DNA of 64,000 bases from Thioalkalivibrio sp. (lineage in GTDB: Bacteria; Pseudomonadota; Gammaproteobacteria; Ectothiorhodospirales; Ectothiorhodospiraceae). Shown piece by piece: positions 25,004 to 36,458 of the stretch. Where the stretch lies: the NCBI GenBank assembly GCA_007116035.1, contig SKJG01000076.1:72855-136854 (forward strand), written 5' to 3'. The position numbers were made by a program, and so were the translations under genes. Position 1 is the first letter of the stretch. Every line of letters starts with the position of its first letter. The notes under the pieces are model-generated. The model made no database searches. It was given only the letters and a program-made list of their open reading frames with translations, and was not told where the DNA came from.

Positions 25004-26035
25004 ATGCCCACAAATCCCGTTATGATACCCCGAGCCGCTGCGCCCGCACAGACTCCTGCGTGGCAACAGGCCCTGGCCCGGGCGATCGCGGACCCGCACG
25101 AACTGCTCCGGCGTCTGGGACTGGAACCCTCGCTGCTGCAGGACATGGAAAGCGGCGACGCCCTCTTCCGGACCCGGGTACCGGAGAGCTATCTCGCCCG
25201 GATCCGGCCCGGCGACCCACGCGATCCCCTGCTGCTGCAGGTACTGCCGCAGGCGGCAGAGGCCGATGATCACCCGGCGTTCGTCACGGATCCGGTGGGC
25301 GACGCCGATGCGATGGCGGCCCCGGGTCTATTGCACAAGTACCGGGGCCGGGTGCTGCTGGTCACCACCGGCGCCTGCGCGATCCACTGCCGCTACTGCT
25401 TCCGACGCGGATTTCCCTACGGCGAATTCAGCGCGGCGCGGGACTGGCGGCCGGCGCTGGACTACATCGCTGGGCACCCGGACGTCACCGAGGTCATCCT
25501 GAGCGGCGGCGACCCGCTGACCCTGCCCGACACGCGGCTGGCGAACCTGCTGCGCCAGTTGGAGGCCATCCCCCACGTCAGGAGGCTGCGCATCCACAGC
25601 CGGGTGCCGATCGTGCTCCCGGAGCGGGTCGACGATGGCCTGCTGTCCTGGGTGGGCCAGGGCCGGCTGGATCAGGTGTTGGTCCTGCACGCGAACCATC
25701 CCCGGGAATTCGAGGCGCCCGTCGATGGCGCCCTGGCACGCCTGCGTGCCACGGGCATCACTCTGCTGAATCAGTCGGTGCTGCTGGCCGGAGTGAACGA
25801 TGACCTCGATACCCTGTGCCAGCTTCAGGAGGTGGGTTTTGCCGCGGGTGTCCTGCCGTATTACCTGCACCTGCTGGACCGGGTAAGAGGGGCCACCCAT
25901 TTCGACGTCGACGAGGCAAGGGCACGGGCCCTGCATGACGCGATGCGGGTCCGGCTGCCGGGCTATCTCCTGCCGCGCCTGGTCCGGGAGGTGCCGGGGG
26001 CACCGACCAAGACACCCGCTGAACGGGCCCCATGA
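25004..26035 (+). CDS. epmB: EF-P beta-lysylation protein EpmB (lysine 2,3-aminomutase-like radical SAM)
   Basis: Radical-SAM cluster motif [11 protein letters not shown]. Divergent from efp as in E. coli. Confidence 0.9.
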   Translation: MPTNPVMIPRAAAPAQTPAWQQALARAIADPHELLRRLGLEPSLLQDMESGDALFRTRVPESYLARIRPGDPRDPLLLQVLPQAAEADDHPAFVTDPVGDADAMAAPGLLHKYRGRVLLVTTGACAIHCRYCFRRGFPYGEFSAARDWRPALDYIAGHPDVTEVILSGGDPLTLPDTRLANLLRQLEAIPHVRRLRIHSRVPIVLPERVDDGLLSWVGQGRLDQVLVLHANHPREFEAPVDGALARLRATGITLLNQSVLLAGVNDDLDTLCQLQEVGFAAGVLPYYLHLLDRVRGATHFDVDEARARALHDAMRVRLPGYLLPRLVREVPGAPTKTPAERAP

Positions 26036-26169
26036 CGACGGAACGGACCGTTCCCGCCTGGACCCGCCCGACGCTTCCGCAGGTGCAGACAAAGGCGCGC
26101 AAGGAGATGGCGATCGCACTCGCGTTGATTTAGCATAAAGAAGTTTTGGCGGCAACAACGGAGGGTGCC

Positions 26170-27978
26170 ATGACCGAGCCACATACGAGATCGGGATTCA
26201 CGCTCCCGCCGCGTCATCCGGCTGACGCAGGCAGCTTTGCGCACAGGACACCCGAGGGTCTCGACACCTGGATCAGCAGCCAGCAATCGGGCGACCTGGC
26301 GTCGACCGCCATTGTGTTGCTCGAGGCATTGCGTTCGATCAACCGCATTACGATCGAATACACCATGCTCGCAGGGCTGACCGCTGTGTTCCTCGCCCGC
26401 ATCCCCCCGATTTTCGACCAGATCGACGCACATCTGCGGCAGTTGCCGATCCCCTTGGGGCGCAAGACTCAGACGCTGGCCACAGCCTATTCGGAGGCCC
26501 TGCAGGAACTCGGCATCACCTGCCTGCGTCTGGTGGACGACGGGCTGGAACAGAGACGCCTGCCGGCGCCTGATGCAGCCCCGCTACTGCGCCAGGCCAT
26601 GCTTCTCAACGGACATCAGTGCCTGCATTCCTGGCGTCTCTACCAGCCGCTGCCCGAGGGCACGTGGCTGCAGGTGCAGAGTATCCTGACGCTTGCCGAA
26701 CGGCTGGGGGTCGCGTCCGAACCGGCACTGGAGATGCCCCACGGCCACGCACTGTCACCGGATAGTGTCGAGAGGCTCGCCGCATCCATCGCCGTACTCA
26801 GTTCCACCGGTGTCTATGCCCTCCACCATGGGGAGATCGGCCCTCTGGCCCGTTGGCTGCAGTCCGTGCCGCTGCACTGTTCCGAGCAGGTGCCCGCTGG
26901 CGCCAACGAATCCACGCCGTTGCTGCGCCTGGTGGTGGACGCGGACCGCGCGCCCTCGTTGGTCATCGGTTATCCGGGAACGTCCAGCAACACCCGCTTC
27001 GTCGATCTGGGCCCGGTCCTGACAGCCCTCCGCTCCGGTCCGGCGGGTGCCGCACAGCCAGGCTGGCACCCCTTCGACAGCGGGCTGGACCGCCGACTGC
27101 TGAGCCTTTGGGTGACGCCACCGCAGCGGCGTTACAGCCGCGAGCCGACCGATACCGGCCCGATCATCACGGTGACCGGCCTGCAGGATATTCATGCGCT
27201 GGTCCGAGCGGATTACCGACACCAGAGAAAGGCCGCCATCGGTGAGATCTCGGGAATCCAGGGGGGGCTGGCCGATCCCGTTTCCAGCGGGCCGGCGGAG
27301 ATCCCCGCCGCCTTTTCGGTCGGGATCGGCGATCCCGACGATGCACAGCAGTTCGGCCTGCAGGTCGATGGCGCCGGCTCCCGCTCCGATGACGACCCCC
27401 ATTTCCGCTCGGACCGACAGATGGACCGACTGAGCACGGCGTGGAACAACACCGTACGGGGGATCGATCACCGCCCGGGCAGTGGCGGGCAGCCGCCGAT
27501 GATACGCATGCTCCGCCCCACCGCCGCGCGCATGCGGGATCTGGGGGCCGGGGGGCTCAGACTGGTTCTGCAGTCTCCGGCCAAGAAGATATTCAGTGGC
27601 GACCTGATTGCGATCCGTACGGCGCGCAAGGAGAAGATCTTCTGGCAACTCGGCATGATTCGCTGGCTGTGTTACGAAGACGCCGAAAACATCGCAGTGG
27701 GCATCGAGTACCTTGCACCTGCCTGTGTCCCGACGGACATCCAGCTCTACCGGGGGAACAGACCGTCCGGCCCAGTCCAGCCAGGGCTGTTCTTTCCCCG
27801 GCGCGACCAGCCGGATACCGGGACGCTGGTATTTGCTCCCGGGGCCTTCGGCGCCGGCACACGCGTGGTGTTCCGCGTGAAAGGGGAGGAGCACGTCGTG
27901 AAACTGGAATCCGTCCAGCCCGAGAGCCATACCTTCAGTCGCGCGGACTTCCCGATGCCGGCGCCCCCCCGAACCTGA
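26170..27978 (+). CDS. Large hypothetical protein with a C-terminal PilZ-like beta-barrel region (non-canonical motifs)
   Basis: 602 aa from ATG 26170, which lies 6 nt after a GGAGG. The N-terminal ~450 aa are helical or unassigned. The C-terminus reads RMRDLGAGGLRLVLQS..FSGDLIAIRTARKEKIFWQLGMIRWLCYEDAENIAVGIEYL, resembling the DxSxxG strand and following barrel of PilZ. No properly spaced RxxxR is present. Confidence 0.6.
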   Translation: MTEPHTRSGFTLPPRHPADAGSFAHRTPEGLDTWISSQQSGDLASTAIVLLEALRSINRITIEYTMLAGLTAVFLARIPPIFDQIDAHLRQLPIPLGRKTQTLATAYSEALQELGITCLRLVDDGLEQRRLPAPDAAPLLRQAMLLNGHQCLHSWRLYQPLPEGTWLQVQSILTLAERLGVASEPALEMPHGHALSPDSVERLAASIAVLSSTGVYALHHGEIGPLARWLQSVPLHCSEQVPAGANESTPLLRLVVDADRAPSLVIGYPGTSSNTRFVDLGPVLTALRSGPAGAAQPGWHPFDSGLDRRLLSLWVTPPQRRYSREPTDTGPIITVTGLQDIHALVRADYRHQRKAAIGEISGIQGGLADPVSSGPAEIPAAFSVGIGDPDDAQQFGLQVDGAGSRSDDDPHFRSDRQMDRLSTAWNNTVRGIDHRPGSGGQPPMIRMLRPTAARMRDLGAGGLRLVLQSPAKKIFSGDLIAIRTARKEKIFWQLGMIRWLCYEDAENIAVGIEYLAPACVPTDIQLYRGNRPSGPVQPGLFFPRRDQPDTGTLVFAPGAFGAGTRVVFRVKGEEHVVKLESVQPESHTFSRADFPMPAPPRT

Positions 27979-28264
27979 TCTGTCACGCGCGCCGACCCGC
28001 TCTGCCGTCAGCGCTGGACGCAAGAACTCCGAGCGCGGCCAGCATGGCATCGTCGCCGCCTTCTGATACTCTTCGGTATGATGAAACCCGTCGCCAATGC
28101 AGGGCGATCCCGAATCATGGGGTGGCGGACGGGCAGGGGGCCTTCTTGCTGAACGGACATCATTGCATCCGGAGCGTGCCGATGACACTTCGGGAGGTGC
28201 CGGATGGGGCTGTGCCTGAAGCCTCCCGCCGGTGCGGATGGGTGCGCAGGGTTCAGGAATCCGG

Positions 28265-30337
28265 ATGTCACAGAACATAGAGTCCATCAACGTCCTCTTC
28301 GTGACGCGCGAACCCGAACTCGCGGAGCGCCTGATCAGCTGCGTCCGGATGCGCGGCCGGACGGTCCGCGCGTACCAGGCGGCGGACCGGGCTGAACTGG
28401 AGGAGCGATTGCTGTCGCATCGATTCCACATCATCGTGTTGATCGATTCCGGCATGGACGTAGGCACCCATGATGTCATTGGCGCGCTGCAGAATTCCGG
28501 GCGCCTCACGCCGGTACTGGTGATGACCGACCGGCCAGAAGACGAGCGCGTAGCCGACTACGAAGCCGGCGCCTTCGCCGCCATCAGCCGCGGCCCCGAC
28601 GACGTCGCGGCCATCCTGATTCTCAAGGCGGTGGAATTCCATCTCTGCTGCACCCAGATGCACCGTCTGCAGAGCACCCTGCAGGCGGCTGAACGACGCC
28701 ACCTGCGCCTGCTCCAGGAATCCCCCGAGCCGAACGCCTGTTTCCGGCACGGAAAGATCCTGAATGCCAACGACGCGTGGCGGGAATACTTCAAGATCGA
28801 CACCAGCGAGGACCTGTCCGACTATGGCCTGGGCGACTTCGTCATTCCCCAGCAGCAGGACACGCTACAACAACTGGTGGAAACACGGGCCATTCAGAAC
28901 GACAGCGGCGAGACCCGCCAGACCTTCAGCCTCAGGACAGCGCACGGGCGCAGCTTCGAGGGCGATCTGGTCCTGACCGGCGCCAGCATCGATGGAGAGG
29001 CCTGCGCCGTACTGCGGGTCGTGACCAGCGCCGAAAACGACGCCTCGGAACAACTGTCCGCGATCGACCCGGTCACCGGTCTCCACAACCGCCAGCACCT
29101 CTTCCAGACACTGGAGGGGGTGCTGGCCGCATCGGCACGCGCCGAACTTCCCTTCGCCCTGATCGAGGCGTCAGTGGATGACTTCGAACGGCTTCAAGCC
29201 ACGCTGGGGACGGGCAGTTCGGACATCCTGTTGACCGATATCGGCCTGTTGCTCAGGGAGCACTTCCCCCCTCCGGCGACCGTGGCACGCCTGGGCAACG
29301 AAGACTTCGGCATCCTGGTGCCCAGCGCGCGGCGGACGGAACTCGATCAACGGCTTGCCGCATTGGTGCGGGCCGCCACCGCGAGAGAAATCAATCTCGA
29401 CAAGGGGTCCACGGTCGTCTCCCTATCCTGCGGTGCGATCATCGCGGATGATTCGGCTCCGACGATCGAAGGCTTGCTCGACCAGGCCGCGCGGGCCCTC
29501 GACGGGATCCGCCAGGCTGGCGGCAACGGCTACGCCTTCCAGCACATCCTCTCGGACGCCCATGCCCGGGCCGAATCGGATCAACAGTGGAAGGCACGTA
29601 TCGAGGACGCCATCGCCCACCAGCGGCTGCGACTCGTGTATCAACCCGTGGTGAATCTCCACGGCGGGGATTTTCCGCGCTTCAGTGTCTTCATGCGCGT
29701 GACAGGTCCCGATGGCGAAGTCTACGATCCGAGCGACTTCCTGCCCGCCGCCGAAAGGACCGGGTTGGCGGCCACGATAGACCGCTGGATCATCAGTCAT
29801 GCAATTCAGGCCCTGGCGGCGCGCCTGAAGTCGGATTCCAGGACCACGTTTTTTTTGAAGCTGACCCGGGGTTCCCTGCTCGACGGGTCGGTCGTCGTCT
29901 GGCTGCAGAAGTTCCTGCACAAGCAGCGGGTTCCAGCATCGAGGGTAGTGGTGGAGATCAAGGAGGCGACCATCATCACGAACCTGAAATCGGCGATCGG
30001 CACCGCTCGGGGCCTGAAAGCGATGAATGCTTCGCTCTGTATCGACGACTTCGGCAACGGGCTCAATCCGTTTCACATCCTCCGCCATGTCGATGCCGAC
30101 TACATCAAGCTCGACGGCGCCTTCGTGCGCGACGTCGTCAGCAACGAAAGCAGCCAGAAAGCCATCCGCCGCTTTACCGAAGGCGGACATGCCAAGGGCA
30201 AGCAGATTGTCGTGCCGATGGTCGAGGATGCCGCCACGCTGGCCGTTCTATTCAGCCTGAACGTCAACCTGGTACAGGGCTACTTCGTCCATCCACCCAG
30301 CGAGCAGATGGACTTCGATTTCACCCAGGTGATCTGA
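28265..30337 (+). CDS. FimX-like c-di-GMP sensor paralog: REC-like / PAS / degenerate GGDEF / degenerate EAL
   Basis: 690 aa from ATG 28265 (MSQNIESINVLFVT). The GGDEF position reads GNEDF (29294-29308). The EAL position reads SVF (29684-29692). Colinear with the 20203-22431 protein along its whole length. Confidence 0.85.
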   Translation: MSQNIESINVLFVTREPELAERLISCVRMRGRTVRAYQAADRAELEERLLSHRFHIIVLIDSGMDVGTHDVIGALQNSGRLTPVLVMTDRPEDERVADYEAGAFAAISRGPDDVAAILILKAVEFHLCCTQMHRLQSTLQAAERRHLRLLQESPEPNACFRHGKILNANDAWREYFKIDTSEDLSDYGLGDFVIPQQQDTLQQLVETRAIQNDSGETRQTFSLRTAHGRSFEGDLVLTGASIDGEACAVLRVVTSAENDASEQLSAIDPVTGLHNRQHLFQTLEGVLAASARAELPFALIEASVDDFERLQATLGTGSSDILLTDIGLLLREHFPPPATVARLGNEDFGILVPSARRTELDQRLAALVRAATAREINLDKGSTVVSLSCGAIIADDSAPTIEGLLDQAARALDGIRQAGGNGYAFQHILSDAHARAESDQQWKARIEDAIAHQRLRLVYQPVVNLHGGDFPRFSVFMRVTGPDGEVYDPSDFLPAAERTGLAATIDRWIISHAIQALAARLKSDSRTTFFLKLTRGSLLDGSVVVWLQKFLHKQRVPASRVVVEIKEATIITNLKSAIGTARGLKAMNASLCIDDFGNGLNPFHILRHVDADYIKLDGAFVRDVVSNESSQKAIRRFTEGGHAKGKQIVVPMVEDAATLAVLFSLNVNLVQGYFVHPPSEQMDFDFTQVI

Positions 30338-30394
30338 GTCGCACCCTACGCTCGTTCCTGCCAGCAGCCATTGCGGGCCGGTCCGGTACCGCGC

Positions 30395-31534
30395 CTACTT
30401 GCCCCAGAACTTCAGATCCTCGAAAAAGCCCTTGACCCCGTCCAGCCAGGAGTGCGCCTGGGGACTGTGACGGGTACCGCCCTCCCGCATCGACGAGTCA
30501 AACTCGCGCAGGAGTTCTTTCTGTTGATGCGTCAGGTTGACAGGCGTCTCCACCACCACCCGGCACAGCAGGTCACCGACGCCGCCCCCGTGCACCGAGG
30601 TCACGCCCTTGCCGCGCAGCCGGAACTGCTTGCCGCTTTGGGTCTCGGCGGGGATCTTCAGAGCCACCCGGCCGTTCAGGCAGGGAACCTCCAGTTCGCC
30701 CCCCAGAGCGGCTGTCGCAAAGGAGATCGGCACTTCGCAGAGAAGGTCGTTGCCCTCGCGCCGGAACAGCTTGTGCGGCTTGACCCGGACCTGCACATAG
30801 AGATCGCCCGGCGGCCCGCCGTTGATGCCTGCCTCGCCCTGACCGGAGAGCCGGATCCGGTCCCCGCTGTCGACGCCTGCCGGGATCTTCACGTCCAGGG
30901 TGTTCTGCTTCTGCACCCGGCCGGAGCCGCCGCAGGACTTGCAGGGGTTGGGAATCACCTTCCCGGTGCCGTGACAGCGGGGACAGGTCTGCTGTACCGA
31001 GAAGAACCCCTGCTGGATCCGCACCTGACCGACGCCGTTACAGGTCGGGCAGGTCTCCGGGCTGGTTCCGGGTTCGGCCCCGGACCCGCCGCAGGTCTCA
31101 CAACTCGCGGTGGTCGGCACGCGGATCTTGACCTCGGTCCCGAACACCGCCTCTTCCAGACTGAGGTCCAGGTTGTACTGCAGATCCGAGCCGCGATAGG
31201 CGCGCTGCCCCCCGGCTCGCCCGCCGCCACCAAAGATATCGCCGAAGATGTCTTCAAAGATGTCGCTGAAGTTGCCGCCACCTCCGCCGCCGAAGCCGCC
31301 TGCGGAGGCGTCCACCCCTGCGTGGCCGTAGCGGTCGTAGGCGGCTCGCTTGTTGCTGTCACTGAGGACATCGTAGGCCGCGCGGGCCTCCTTGAACTGG
31401 GCCTCGGCCGCGGAGTCGCCCGGATTACGGTCCGGGTGGTGTTTCATCGCCAGGCGCCGGAACGCCTTCTTGATTGCTTCTGCCGAAGCGTCCCGGGAGA
31501 CACCGAGCACTTCGTAGTAGTCACGCTGCGCCAT
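30395..31534 (-). CDS. dnaJ: Molecular chaperone DnaJ
   Basis: Begins [17 protein letters not shown], followed by HPD, a G/F region and four CxxCxGxG repeats. Confidence 0.96.
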   Translation of the reverse strand: MAQRDYYEVLGVSRDASAEAIKKAFRRLAMKHHPDRNPGDSAAEAQFKEARAAYDVLSDSNKRAAYDRYGHAGVDASAGGFGGGGGGNFSDIFEDIFGDIFGGGGRAGGQRAYRGSDLQYNLDLSLEEAVFGTEVKIRVPTTASCETCGGSGAEPGTSPETCPTCNGVGQVRIQQGFFSVQQTCPRCHGTGKVIPNPCKSCGGSGRVQKQNTLDVKIPAGVDSGDRIRLSGQGEAGINGGPPGDLYVQVRVKPHKLFRREGNDLLCEVPISFATAALGGELEVPCLNGRVALKIPAETQSGKQFRLRGKGVTSVHGGGVGDLLCRVVVETPVNLTHQQKELLREFDSSMREGGTRHSPQAHSWLDGVKGFFEDLKFWGK

Positions 31535-31669
31535 ATTGGATCCTTGCGGGTTGCCGCGCCCGCCCGTCCAGGCCACGCGGGAACGCGCACGCCCGGATTC
31601 CTCTCAGCGGTCTCCGGGCGTGCCTGATCGGGTCAGGATACCCACGGCCCGAAGGCCGCGGCATCACTC

Positions 31670-33607
<1,938 letters not shown>

Positions 33608-33677
33608 GGTTAAAGGCTCCTGCAATGAATTGGGTAGGCGCAGCGCGCGGCGTCCGGTCGCTGCCTGTCTGTGGGGG

Positions 33678-33704
33678 ATATGGGGGGCGAATCCGCGTTT
33701 TCAA
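33678..33704 (-). promoter_or_regulatory. Sigma32 (RpoH) heat-shock promoter for dnaK-dnaJ
   Basis: The minus strand reads CTTGAAA, 13 nt, then CCCCATAT. This matches the consensus CTTGAAA-N13/14-CCCCATNT. The -35 element overlaps the grpE stop codon. About 70 nt upstream of the dnaK ATG. Confidence 0.6.
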
Positions 33705-34285
33705 GCATTGCCGTCGGACGGCGCCCGCGACACGATCACCATCGCCGGCCGCAGGACGCGCCCCTGCAGCAGGTAACCCTTCTGCATGGTGAGCAACACG
33801 GTGTTCGGCGGGTGGTCGCTGCTCTCCTGGGTGGTCATCGCCTGGTGCCGTTCGGGGTCGAAGCGCTCACCCGTCGGCTCAACCGCCTCGATGCCGAACT
33901 TCTCGAACGCCTTGTGAAAGGCCTTCAGCGTGAGCTCGGTGCCCTCGATGATGCTGCTGGCATCGTTGGTCTTGCGCGCGGCGTCGAGGCCCATCTCGAG
34001 ACTGTCGCAGACATTCAGCAACTCGGCCGCGAACCGCTCCATCGCGTACTTGTGCGCGGACTCCAGCTCGCGCTCGAAGCGCCGGCGCTGGTTCTCGAGC
34101 TCCGCCTGCGCGCGCAGCACCTGCTCGCGGCGCTGCTCGGCCAACTCCTCGAGTTCGACCAGGCGGGCATGGACGTCCCCTGCATCTTCTGCATCTGCGC
34201 CGGCAAAGGCCGTCTCCGGTCCGTCTTCCGGTTGGCTACGGGTCGGATCGCTGTCGTGTTCCCCGTTCTCCCGCTGATTGGACAT
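33701..34285 (-). CDS. grpE: Nucleotide exchange factor GrpE
   Basis: 194 aa with an acidic N-terminus, a coiled-coil RAQAELENQRRR and a GrpE C-terminal beta domain. Confidence 0.94.
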   Translation of the reverse strand: MSNQRENGEHDSDPTRSQPEDGPETAFAGADAEDAGDVHARLVELEELAEQRREQVLRAQAELENQRRRFERELESAHKYAMERFAAELLNVCDSLEMGLDAARKTNDASSIIEGTELTLKAFHKAFEKFGIEAVEPTGERFDPERHQAMTTQESSDHPPNTVLLTMQKGYLLQGRVLRPAMVIVSRAPSDGNA

Positions 34286-34345
34286 AGGTTCCTCTTGCTG
34301 GTTGAAGAATGAAATGCAACTGTAGCGACCAATGTCGCTCTGTCA

Positions 34346-35398
34346 TCAGGGTTTTGGGGGTTCACCGCGGGAATTCAAGGCCGCGCCGAGAAGCCGTGCG
34401 GTGATGTCGACGATCGGAATGACGCGGTCATAGGACATTCGGGTGGGACCCACCACGCCCAACACCCCGACGATCTCCCCGTCGACGCTGTACGGAGCGG
34501 TCACCACCGAGCAGTGCTCGAACCACTCCAGCCCCGACTCCCGGCCGATGAAGATCTGCACCCGATCGGCGCGGATGCACTGATCGAGGATGGCCAAAAT
34601 CTCGCGCTTCTCGTGAAATGCCTCGAGCAGCTGCCGCAGCCGATGGATGTCGGCCAGCTCATCGTAATCGAGCAGTTGCGTCTCGCCGGCAACGAGCATG
34701 TCGTCCGGTTCGTCCTCGCCGATCGCCTGCTCACCGAGATCGATCGCCGCAAGCATCATCGCATCGAGGTCCCGACGCACCGAGCGCATCTCGGCCAGCA
34801 GCTGGCCGCGAACGATATGCAGACTCTGACCCGCCAGGTGGGCATTCAGATAGTTGGCCATGTTCTGCAGCTCGGGTTGCAGGTAGTCGCGCTCCAGTTC
34901 CAGGACCCGGTTCTGCACCTCCTTGCCGTCGATCACCAGGATCGCGAGGACCCGCCGCTCGCTCAGGCGCAGGAACTCGATCTGGCTCAGCGCCACCTGC
35001 CGGTTTCGCGGCAACCGCACCATTCCCGCCAGGCGGGTCACGCTGGAGAGCACGCTGCCTGCCGTGTCCAACAGGTCCTGGGTCGAGGCCCCGGGGCTGA
35101 AACGGGACTCGATGGCCTCGACCTGCTCCCGGTTCGGCGCGCGGATCTCGAGCAGGGCATCGACGAACAGGCGATAGCCAGCGGCCGTCGGGATGCGGCC
35201 GGCGGAGGCGTGCGGCGCATGCACCAGCCCCATCCCCTCGAGATCGGCCATCACGTTGCGTATGGTCGCGGGGCTCACGTTCAGGCCGCTGGTGCGCGCC
35301 AGCGTTCTGGATCCGACCGGCGTCCCCTCGCGGATATAGCTTTCAATCAATGTGCGCAGCAGTGTCCGCGCCCGGGAATCGAGTTGTATCTCCTGCAT
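34346..35398 (-). CDS. hrcA: Heat-inducible transcription repressor HrcA
   Basis: 350 aa, beginning MQEIQLDSRARTLLRTLIESYIREGTPVGSRTLAR, a winged-helix HrcA N-terminus. Confidence 0.93.
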   Translation of the reverse strand: MQEIQLDSRARTLLRTLIESYIREGTPVGSRTLARTSGLNVSPATIRNVMADLEGMGLVHAPHASAGRIPTAAGYRLFVDALLEIRAPNREQVEAIESRFSPGASTQDLLDTAGSVLSSVTRLAGMVRLPRNRQVALSQIEFLRLSERRVLAILVIDGKEVQNRVLELERDYLQPELQNMANYLNAHLAGQSLHIVRGQLLAEMRSVRRDLDAMMLAAIDLGEQAIGEDEPDDMLVAGETQLLDYDELADIHRLRQLLEAFHEKREILAILDQCIRADRVQIFIGRESGLEWFEHCSVVTAPYSVDGEIVGVLGVVGPTRMSYDRVIPIVDITARLLGAALNSRGEPPKP

Positions 35399-35411
35399 GT
35401 TCCTTCTCTTG

Positions 35412-35469
35412 TCAGCGCTTCAGTCCGCCGAGTGCCAATGCAGTCTATGCCAAGCCCCGATCCAGTCAA
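35412..35469 (-). promoter_or_regulatory. Candidate sigma70 promoter plus degenerate CIRCE-like operator upstream of hrcA
   Basis: Minus strand: TTGACT (35469-35464), 16 nt, TAGACT (35447-35442), then TTGGCACTC-N9-AAGCGCTGA (35438-35412). Against the CIRCE consensus TTAGCACTC-N9-GAGTGCTAA this is 8/9 and 6/9. Confidence 0.3.
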
Positions 35470-35559
35470 GGCCGGATCTGCCCTCGGCGGCGCAGCGCAC
35501 CGGGACCGGGCGAATCCACGGCGGATGCGTGTGTCCACGGTTTACCGGATAATGCGCCG

Positions 35560-36438
35560 ATGCAACGAAGCTTCAGCACCATCGGACTCGTCGGCAAAAC
35601 GGCCGATTCCCGCACCGCCCCGCTGGTCGCGACCCTGCTGGACGCGCTGCACCAGCGCGGTGCCGACGTGATCCTCGAACAGGGCATCGGGAATGGTGTG
35701 AACCCGGGCGCCTTCAGGATCGCCAGCCTGGAGGAATTGGCCGATCAGGCGGACATGGTGGTCGTGATCGGCGGCGACGGGACCCTGTTGGCCACCGCCC
35801 GCGCGGCTGCGCTGCACGAGACCCCGATGCTGGGCATCAATCTCGGCCGACTGGGATTTCTGGTGGACATCCTGCCGGACGATGCGGTGGTGGAACTGAA
35901 CGCGGTACTCGACGGGGCCTACGAGCTGGAACCCCGGGCGATGCTGGAAACGACCCTGCTCCGGGACGGCAGCCCGATCCATCAGGGCGTGGCACTGAAC
36001 GACGCGGTGCTGCACGTGCAGAACGTGATCCGCGTCATCGAGTTCGACACCTTCATCGACGGGCTCGACGTGGGCCGTCTGCGCGCCGACGGTCTGATCG
36101 TCGCCACGCCGACCGGCTCCACGGCCTATTCGCTGTCTGCCGGCGGTCCCATCCTGACGCCGGATCTCGATGCGATGATCATCGTCCCGATCTGCCCCCA
36201 CAGCCTGAATCACCGTCCGCTGGTGGTCAGCGGCAGGGCGGTGATCGAGATCAAGCTGAGCAGCGGCAGCCGCTCGCCGGCCCAGGTCGCGCTGGACGGC
36301 CAAAAGAACCTGGACTTCGCTCCGGGGGACATCCTACGGATCCAGCGCCGGCCGCAGTCGCTGATGCTCCTGCACCCCCGCAACCACCATTTCCTGCGCA
36401 TGCTGCGATCCAAGCTGCGCTGGGGCGAGCATCCCTGA
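35560..36438 (+). CDS. nadK: NAD kinase
   Basis: Internal start MQRSFSTIGLVGK. Contains GGDGTLL and the GINLGRLGFL motif. Confidence 0.92.
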   Translation: MQRSFSTIGLVGKTADSRTAPLVATLLDALHQRGADVILEQGIGNGVNPGAFRIASLEELADQADMVVVIGGDGTLLATARAAALHETPMLGINLGRLGFLVDILPDDAVVELNAVLDGAYELEPRAMLETTLLRDGSPIHQGVALNDAVLHVQNVIRVIEFDTFIDGLDVGRLRADGLIVATPTGSTAYSLSAGGPILTPDLDAMIIVPICPHSLNHRPLVVSGRAVIEIKLSSGSRSPAQVALDGQKNLDFAPGDILRIQRRPQSLMLLHPRNHHFLRMLRSKLRWGEHP

Positions 36439-36458
36439 AAGCGGGGAGCAGAGGCACG

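Noticed and set aside
26085-26135. AAGGAG followed immediately by ATGGCGATCGCACTCGCGTTGATTTAG (an 8-codon mini-ORF), and the nearby GGAACGG-A-CCGTTCC palindrome at 26040-26054
   Set aside because: There is zero spacing between the Shine-Dalgarno-like hexamer and the ATG, and the peptide is trivially short. The 7-bp palindrome has a 1-nt centre and could be an operator, but there is nothing to support that.
28044-28280. 78-codon ORF (MASSPPSDTLRYDE...) in the spacer before FimX-like gene 2
   Set aside because: Third-position G/C content is clearly lower than in neighbouring genes. There is no RBS, it overlaps the downstream start, and it has no recognisable motif. It is probably promoter or leader DNA.
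26755-28509. 584-aa ORF antisense to the PilZ-like gene, continuing across the intergenic region
   Set aside because: Arg/Pro/Gly-rich shadow frame with no domain pattern. It crosses a lower-GC spacer and the start of the next gene.
36380-36458. Looked for an SOS box (CTGT-N8-ACAG) in front of recN
   Set aside because: Only 20 nt separate nadK and recN, and no LexA-type palindrome is present in the last 80 nt of nadK. recN may be co-transcribed with nadK or use a different LexA motif.
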